Source: an uncultured Planctomycetia bacterium (GTDB lineage: Bacteria; Omnitrophota; Gorgyraeia; Taenaricolales; CAZCCH01). From it: a stretch of 64,000 nucleotides of DNA. The position numbers and the translations under genes were made by a program. This document shows positions 58,476-64,000 of the stretch, one piece after another (positions within the stretch are counted from its first letter, which is position 1; each line of letters starts with the position of its first letter). The notes beneath the pieces were generated by a model. It was not told where the DNA came from. It made no database searches and saw only the letters and a list, made by a program, of their open reading frames with translations. Where the stretch lies: assembly GCA_964497315.1 (NCBI GenBank), contig CAZCCH010000007.1, positions 4,503 through 68,502 of the forward strand, read 5' to 3'.

Positions 58476-59548
58476 TCGTAGCAGAGAAAAAGAACCCAAG
58501 GCTTTCAATTATATATGTCTACCTTATGAATAGCTGCAACCTTAACTGTATCCATTGTTGGGTTAATCCATCCTTTACAAGAGAAAAAGAGAAAAAAAAT
58601 CACCTAAGTATTACAAAGTTTAAGAAGATATTTGACCAAGCAGTTAAATTAGGCTTAAAGAAGGTAAAATTGACTGGTGGAGAGCCACTCATATACCCGC
58701 ATTTCGTAGAACTTGTTGAGTACTTGAAGGAACAAAAAATCAATATCACTATGGAAACCAATGGTACGCTTATAACTGAGAAGATTGCAGATGCAATTAG
58801 AGATTCCAGTTTTTACCACGTAGCTGTTAGTTTAGATGGGGCAGGGCCTAAGACCCATGAGAGGGTACGTCGTGTAAAGGGTGCGTTTAATAAAACATTA
58901 GAGGGGGTCAAGAGATTGACATCCAGGAAAATTCCTACCCAGATAATCATGTGTGTATATAAAGATAATATGCAAGACATAGAGGCTGTAGCGAAACTAG
59001 CTCAGGATATAGGCGCCAATACTTTGAAGTTAAACTACATAAATATTCTGGGGCGCGGTAGGTTTATGAAAGAAGAGGGCGAGCTTCTTTCTGTTAAAGA
59101 AATAATAGAACTTGACCGTCACATCATGGAAAAGGTTTCTGAAAAATATAAAATTGGCTTTTATTCAAATACTCCTATGGCATTCGAATCCTTAAGGGAT
59201 CTTAGGCGAAGACATGGCACATGCCATATCCAGAACATATTGGGCATATTGGCAGATGGCAAGGTATCAATCTGTGGCATAGGAGAGGAGGTTAAAGAAT
59301 TGGTTCTGGGTGATGCTACAAAAACTCTCTTGACGGAAATATGGAGTCAGAATTCTATTCTGCATTATATAAGAGAAAATATCCCCAATCAGCTGGAAGG
59401 TGTATGTAGCAGATGTATTTTTAAAAGAAAATGCCTAGGTTGTTGTATTGCCGAGACTTATACCAGAACAGGAGATTTCAAAAGCCCTTTCTATTTTTGT
59501 CAAAAGGCCTATGAGGAGGGTGTTTTCCCGCAGTCGAGGTTGGTGTGA
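58442..59548 (+). CDS. Radical SAM/SPASM peptide maturase, ScmF-like
   Basis: 'YVYLMNSCNLNCIHCW.NP', 'KLTGGEP', SPASM 'C.I..ILGIL.DG..SICGIG..LEGVCSRC....CLG.C.A'. Confidence 0.8.
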   Translation: MEFNEEENAGIIVAEKKNPRLSIIYVYLMNSCNLNCIHCWVNPSFTREKEKKNHLSITKFKKIFDQAVKLGLKKVKLTGGEPLIYPHFVELVEYLKEQKINITMETNGTLITEKIADAIRDSSFYHVAVSLDGAGPKTHERVRRVKGAFNKTLEGVKRLTSRKIPTQIIMCVYKDNMQDIEAVAKLAQDIGANTLKLNYINILGRGRFMKEEGELLSVKEIIELDRHIMEKVSEKYKIGFYSNTPMAFESLRDLRRRHGTCHIQNILGILADGKVSICGIGEEVKELVLGDATKTLLTEIWSQNSILHYIRENIPNQLEGVCSRCIFKRKCLGCCIAETYTRTGDFKSPFYFCQKAYEEGVFPQSRLV

Positions 59549-59557
59549 GGCGATAAA

Positions 59558-59851
59558 ATGTTAACTGCAAAAAGATATATCCGGATTAACAAGAATATGC
59601 TTGAAGTTGGATTTTCTAAAGAGAAGATTATTGGAAAGGTTGTCAGGAATAGATTTTGTTCACCGTGCCTTTTGAATTACACATCCAGACTTATATGGGA
59701 TGAGCTAAAGAGACCTTGCGCAATCGAAAGACTGGCAGAGAAACTAAAGAGAAGGTTTTTAATCAGCAGAAAAACAGCTATAGATGATACAAAAAGGACA
59801 ATCAATATATTGGAAAAAAGAGGTTTTGTAAGGGAGTGCAACAGAAAATAG
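59558..59851 (+). CDS. PqqD/RRE-family protein
   Basis: 'LLNYTSRLIWDEL..IERLAEKL..F.IS..TAIDD....LEKRG'. Confidence 0.7.
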   Translation: MLTAKRYIRINKNMLEVGFSKEKIIGKVVRNRFCSPCLLNYTSRLIWDELKRPCAIERLAEKLKRRFLISRKTAIDDTKRTINILEKRGFVRECNRK

Positions 59852-59863
59852 GAGGCAGCTATT

Positions 59864-60136
59864 ATGGATAAAGCCATAAGACCTAGAAGAAAACCGAATA
59901 TAATCTCAAGACAAGATGAAGAAAGGCTTTTATGTAATACTGAAAATGGTGACATTAAAGTTTTGAACAGCACAGGTGCTTTAATGTGGGATTTGTGTGA
60001 TGGAGAACATGCAATGGGTGACATTTTAGACGAAATAACCAAGAAATTCAAGGTTAAAAAAGAAGTTGCCGAGACAGATTTGAAAGAATTTCTTGAAGCA
60101 CTAGAGAAACTGAATTTTATAAATATGGGAGGATAA
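59864..60136 (+). CDS. PqqD/RRE-family protein (ScmD-like)
   Basis: 'LNSTGALMWDLCDGEH..I..I..F.V....AETDL.EFL..L'. Confidence 0.9.
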   Translation: MDKAIRPRRKPNIISRQDEERLLCNTENGDIKVLNSTGALMWDLCDGEHAMGDILDEITKKFKVKKEVAETDLKEFLEALEKLNFINMGG

Positions 60137-60140
60137 TTAT

Positions 60141-61193
60141 TTGAAACTGCACGCCCCCTTGTCAATTTGCCTATGTATAACTAATAAGTGCAACCTTTCC
60201 TGTAAACACTGCTTTGTCGGGGACAGGCCTGATGCTGAACCTGATCTTACGCGCCAAGAGATGCTGGACTTGATAGATGAGTTTGGCAAATACAAGGTTT
60301 TTGGTACTACCGTCTTTGGCGGAGAACCATTCACCAGTCCTTATATATATGAATATATGGATGCTTTAAAAAAATATAAGATAAAATTGGGACTGAATAC
60401 TAACGCGACGCTTATTAAAAGAAAAGATGCACAAAAGCTGAAGCACGAGTATGGTGTTGAAAACATATGCGTTAGCCTTGATGGTTCCTCGCCTGATATT
60501 ATGGATAAGACGAGAGGGGCAGGTTCTTTCAATAGGGTATTGAGAGGTATAAAGCTTTTAATAAGTGAAGGCCATGAGATATTATTAGGTACGACCATAA
60601 CAAAACTTAACTACATGGATGCAGAAAATATAGTTAAACTCGCCAAAGATATAAATGCCAAAGGAGTACGTTTTAACCATGTATTCTTTACCGGGAATGC
60701 AAGCTGTTTTATGAAAGAAGTATACCTTGACCTAAAAGATGAAGTTCAAATCTTAGATAGAGTTTATAATCTATACAAAAAATATGGAAATTTTATCACA
60801 GGATCTTACCTGTCCCAGAGGAAAAAACTCATGAAGCTGGAAAAGTTTCCACCCAAGCATGATAAAATTAAAGTTTCACCTTGCGGGGCAGGAAAGACAA
60901 GATATGTCATAAGGGCTGACGGTTGGGTTGTACCGTGTGAGATCTTATGGAATGTAAAAGTAGGCAATGTCAGAAAGCAATCCCTGCGCGAAATCTGGTT
61001 TTCTAAAGGCATGGAGGAATTTCGTAAGCCTCTTACTATAGATCTTGAGGATATGCCTGAGTGCAAAGGATGTAAATATCAATATATGTGTTTCCATGGA
61101 CATCGTTGCTGGCCATATTATTATCCTAATGGCATGGAAGATAGAAAGCTACATTGCTGGAAGAGGTTAAATGAAGAAACCGTTCTATGTTAA
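60141..61193 (+). CDS. Radical SAM/SPASM peptide maturase, ScmE-like
   Basis: CNLSCKHC, GGEP, SPASM 'CGAG..IRADG..VPC..ECKGC.Y..MC..G..C'; TTG start after GGGAGG. Confidence 0.8.
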   Translation: MKLHAPLSICLCITNKCNLSCKHCFVGDRPDAEPDLTRQEMLDLIDEFGKYKVFGTTVFGGEPFTSPYIYEYMDALKKYKIKLGLNTNATLIKRKDAQKLKHEYGVENICVSLDGSSPDIMDKTRGAGSFNRVLRGIKLLISEGHEILLGTTITKLNYMDAENIVKLAKDINAKGVRFNHVFFTGNASCFMKEVYLDLKDEVQILDRVYNLYKKYGNFITGSYLSQRKKLMKLEKFPPKHDKIKVSPCGAGKTRYVIRADGWVVPCEILWNVKVGNVRKQSLREIWFSKGMEEFRKPLTIDLEDMPECKGCKYQYMCFHGHRCWPYYYPNGMEDRKLHCWKRLNEETVLC

Positions 61194-62166
61194 TATTGCA
61201 GAGATGACATTAAAGGTGGAGGGTGAGTATCCCCGGTATTTACTCAATGCATATGAGGCCTTTATGGCCACTTCCGCAATTAATAAGCCTTTTATATTAG
61301 AATATGTCGATTGGCAAAGAAAGCCAAAATACCAGGGCCATCAAAATTTAGAAACAATAAATACCACTTTGCATAAAAACCTTGAAGGAATTTCAAGTGC
61401 TCCAATTAAAAATAGACTAAAAAAAACACAATTTCTCCTGCCACTTTTAGCTGAAAACTCCATTATGTGGAACAGATACAGTCGTCTTCCTGCTTCGAAA
61501 AAGAAATCATTGCTGATCAGCAAATTTCTTTTTACATATAATAAGAATAATTTCTCTTTTTATCGATGGGGAGCCGGGAGTTTATTCATAGACCATTATT
61601 TGCGGCAGGCAAAATTTGTTATATTTGAGCATAGTGAATATCGCAAAGCCATGGGTATCCCCATGAAGGTTATAGTGAGGGATATGCTTGGTGGAAAAGG
61701 GTTTTTGCTGCATGCAGCAGGCCTGTTACAAGATAACAATGCGTATATTTTTGCAGGTAATTCAGGTGAAGGTAAATCTACCATAACTAACATACTAGCC
61801 CATAAATGCATCTTGAGCGATGAAACCATCATAGTTAAAAAAAGAGAGGGAGTTTATATTGGCCATTCAACCCCCTGGAACAGTCAAGGTCGCTTTAATC
61901 ACGTAAGTGCCAGCGGGCCAATTAAGGCGTGCTTTTTTATAAAAAAGTCCAGAAGGGTATATTTTAAGAGTATTTCACCGGCCAATACGTTTTTGAGATT
62001 AGCGGATAATATGACACATATTCCAGCGAAAAGTAGGACTCAACTGAAGACCCGATTAAACATGCTTGCAGATTTTAGCAAGAAGACTTGCTTTTACCAA
62101 ATGTATTTTAGAAAAGATGATTATTTCTGGACCAAACTCAAAAAACAGGTCATAGATGCAAGATAA
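61171..62166 (+). CDS. HprK-related P-loop protein (ScmC-like)
   Basis: 'LLHAAG..AYIFAGNSGEGKST..LSDE..HSTPW'. Confidence 0.7.
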   Translation: MKKPFYVNIAEMTLKVEGEYPRYLLNAYEAFMATSAINKPFILEYVDWQRKPKYQGHQNLETINTTLHKNLEGISSAPIKNRLKKTQFLLPLLAENSIMWNRYSRLPASKKKSLLISKFLFTYNKNNFSFYRWGAGSLFIDHYLRQAKFVIFEHSEYRKAMGIPMKVIVRDMLGGKGFLLHAAGLLQDNNAYIFAGNSGEGKSTITNILAHKCILSDETIIVKKREGVYIGHSTPWNSQGRFNHVSASGPIKACFFIKKSRRVYFKSISPANTFLRLADNMTHIPAKSRTQLKTRLNMLADFSKKTCFYQMYFRKDDYFWTKLKKQVIDAR

Positions 62167-64000
62167 AGAAAAAGATATTTTAAATAGCTCAAAGTATCTA
62201 CGTTTTTACATAACAACGGCCAGTATGTACCCCGCATTGCAGGTTGGGGATATAGTAATAGTAAGAAAGACATCACTCAGAGAGATTAAAAAAGGAGATA
62301 TAATTACCTTCAATGCAAAGAATAAAACGACTAAATTGACACACAGGGTGATAGGTGTAAAAAAGGGCGAAGGCATATTGAAGTTGCATACCAAAGGAGA
62401 CAGTGCTATTAGTGAAGACTCTTGTCCTGTGACTGAAGATAGTTTAGAGGGTAAGGTTATAGCAGTAATCAGGAAAAATAGCATAATAGAAGTAGGTACT
62501 AGAGGTCAGCGCAGAAAGGCCTGCGTATCTGAAAACCTACAACTGCTAAAAAAGCTTAAGCATCAGCTGTCAGACCAAATTAGAAAGCTTGTATTTATTA
62601 TATTTTTTGGCCTTTTGGTAAGCTTGACAGCTGCCTTCCTGCCTTATCTGTCGAAGCCAATGATTGATATAGGTTATGGCGATAAAAATATCAAGATGGT
62701 TTTAATAATAGCTGCTTTAGCGACAGCAGCCTTTATCTTAAATGCAGTCCTTAAGTCAACTTTTCAGTTTCTTTCCAGCCGCTTGCAGCAAAAGTTGTTA
62801 TTTGAATTTGACCAGGCATATATACAAAAATTATATTTTTTGCCTGTTTCTTATTTTACCACAACCTCTACTGGAGAACAGCTATATAGACTCAATAGTA
62901 ATGCAAGCGCGCTATCAGGTCTTATTGCCTCTAAATTTCCAAAGTTGCTGACCGTGGCTTCAAAGACACTTTTTTATTTAATGCTTGCGTTTGCAATTAA
63001 TTTCAAACTAGCTCTTTTGTTAGTACTATTTTTACCGCTTTTTATCTGGAGGTCCGCGTATTTTCGGAGGAAAGGTTTGGCTGAATATAAGAGATCAGTT
63101 TATTTATCCCAGGGTGTCTCCAAAAAAATGCAGGATGTTTTATCTAAGATCTATCTTATGAAGGCATTGGGTGCCGAAGAGCATGAGAGGAGGAATTATG
63201 CCGACCTATTAAGACGCAAGGTCCAATTAAACCTGAAAATTGCCAGTTTGCGGGTACTAAATACATTAACATCAACTTTTTTAAGTAGAGCAGCCTTAAC
63301 TATTTTGGGCCTAGTGGGTATGTTATTGGTTATAAAAGAGGTTATGACTTTAGGCAGCCTTACTGCTTTTATAGCTTATTGTGGCCTGTTTTTGTCAGCT
63401 ACTATGAGCCTAACTAATAGTATTGAAAATATTTCTAAAGACAGTGTTCATGTAAGCAGATATTTTGAGATTATGGATATGGATGCAGGGGCAAAAGAGA
63501 AAGCAGGAGCTAAGTACATTTACCCGTTCAAAGGCAAGATAGAATTTCAGGATGTGTCTTTTGGCTATGATAAAGACAAGTTGATCCTGGAGAATTTTAA
63601 TATGCAAATTCAACCAGGCAGTTGGGTATTGATAAAAGGAACCTCTGGTTGCGGCAAGACTACCTTACTAAAATTAATTTTAAGGTTTTATGACCCCAAG
63701 AAAGGAAAGGTCCTTATAGATGATATAGACATTCAGGATATAAAGGTTCGTTCGTTGAGGGATAATATTGCTATTGCGATCCAGGATGTAATGCTTCTGA
63801 ATGAAAGCGTGAGAGATAATATAACTTATGGACTATCAAATAAGACGTTGGAGGACATAAGAGACGTTGCACGGGCGGCCTGCATAGACTCGTTTATTCA
63901 AACGCTTCCAGATGGATATGATACAATGGTGGGTGAAAATGGGGCATGCCTTTCAAAGGGACAGAAACAAAGAATTTGTCTGGCGAGAGCACTAATCCGA
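62156..64000 (+). CDS. S24/S26 signal-peptidase-like domain fused to ABC exporter (TMD + NBD), 3'-truncated by the window
   Basis: Hand translation from ATG 62156 without a stop: 'TASMYPALQVGDIVIV..THRVIG..TKGD', then TM domain, Walker A 'GTSGCGKTT', signature 'LSKGQKQR'. Confidence 0.85.
   Translation, partial: MQDKEKDILNSSKYLRFYITTASMYPALQVGDIVIVRKTSLREIKKGDIITFNAKNKTTKLTHRVIGVKKGEGILKLHTKGDSAISEDSCPVTEDSLEGKVIAVIRKNSIIEVGTRGQRRKACVSENLQLLKKLKHQLSDQIRKLVFIIFFGLLVSLTAAFLPYLSKPMIDIGYGDKNIKMVLIIAALATAAFILNAVLKSTFQFLSSRLQQKLLFEFDQAYIQKLYFLPVSYFTTTSTGEQLYRLNSNASALSGLIASKFPKLLTVASKTLFYLMLAFAINFKLALLLVLFLPLFIWRSAYFRRKGLAEYKRSVYLSQGVSKKMQDVLSKIYLMKALGAEEHERRNYADLLRRKVQLNLKIASLRVLNTLTSTFLSRAALTILGLVGMLLVIKEVMTLGSLTAFIAYCGLFLSATMSLTNSIENISKDSVHVSRYFEIMDMDAGAKEKAGAKYIYPFKGKIEFQDVSFGYDKDKLILENFNMQIQPGSWVLIKGTSGCGKTTLLKLILRFYDPKKGKVLIDDIDIQDIKVRSLRDNIAIAIQDVMLLNESVRDNITYGLSNKTLEDIRDVARAACIDSFIQTLPDGYDTMVGENGACLSKGQKQRICLARALIR

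Noticed and set aside
59558-61193. PQQ biosynthesis (pqqD/pqqE)
   Set aside because: No pqqA/B/C; two SPASM enzymes, an HprK-like protein and an exporter fit a RiPP cassette better.
1-64000. CRISPR arrays, rRNA, tRNA, IS/transposases, prophage genes
   Set aside because: No regularly spaced repeats, RNA-gene signatures or such proteins were seen; intergenic spaces are short.

Overview
Bacterial (diderm, AT-rich) chromosomal window, almost fully coding. The gene content resembles Omnitrophota/PVC-type genomes, but that is inference only. In order: (1) the 3' part of a giant modular surface protein (CBM-like, clan GH-A hydrolase, FN3/Ig repeats, TolB-like and Asp-box propellers, CFI-box-CTERM), followed by a GspC/PDZ-like protein and an outer-membrane beta-barrel; (2) a minus-strand operon with a HAD phosphatase and four secreted proteins that look like an atypical chaperone/subunit/outer-membrane-channel fibre system, preceded by a sigma70 promoter and a structured leader of about 130 nt with competing stems; (3) a small defence-like islet (XRE-DUF4065/Panacea antitoxin, RelE-like toxin, GIY-YIG, trypsin-like protease); (4) a ROK-associated sugar uptake/phosphorolysis locus (binding protein-permease fusion, permease with CBM-like insert, unknown TIM-barrel protein, GH94, phosphohexomutase); (5) a Wzx/Wzy exopolysaccharide locus of about 29 kb, with a coiled-coil-extended OPX, many tailoring enzymes and visible duplication/deletion scars; (6) a SynChlorMet-like RiPP maturation cassette (two rSAM/SPASM, two PqqD, HprK-like protein, FAD reductase). 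The cassette ends in an ORF missing from the supplied track: an S26-peptidase/ABC-exporter fusion that runs off the window. No rRNA, tRNA, CRISPR array or transposase was seen. All calls come from reading motifs by eye; no searches were run.
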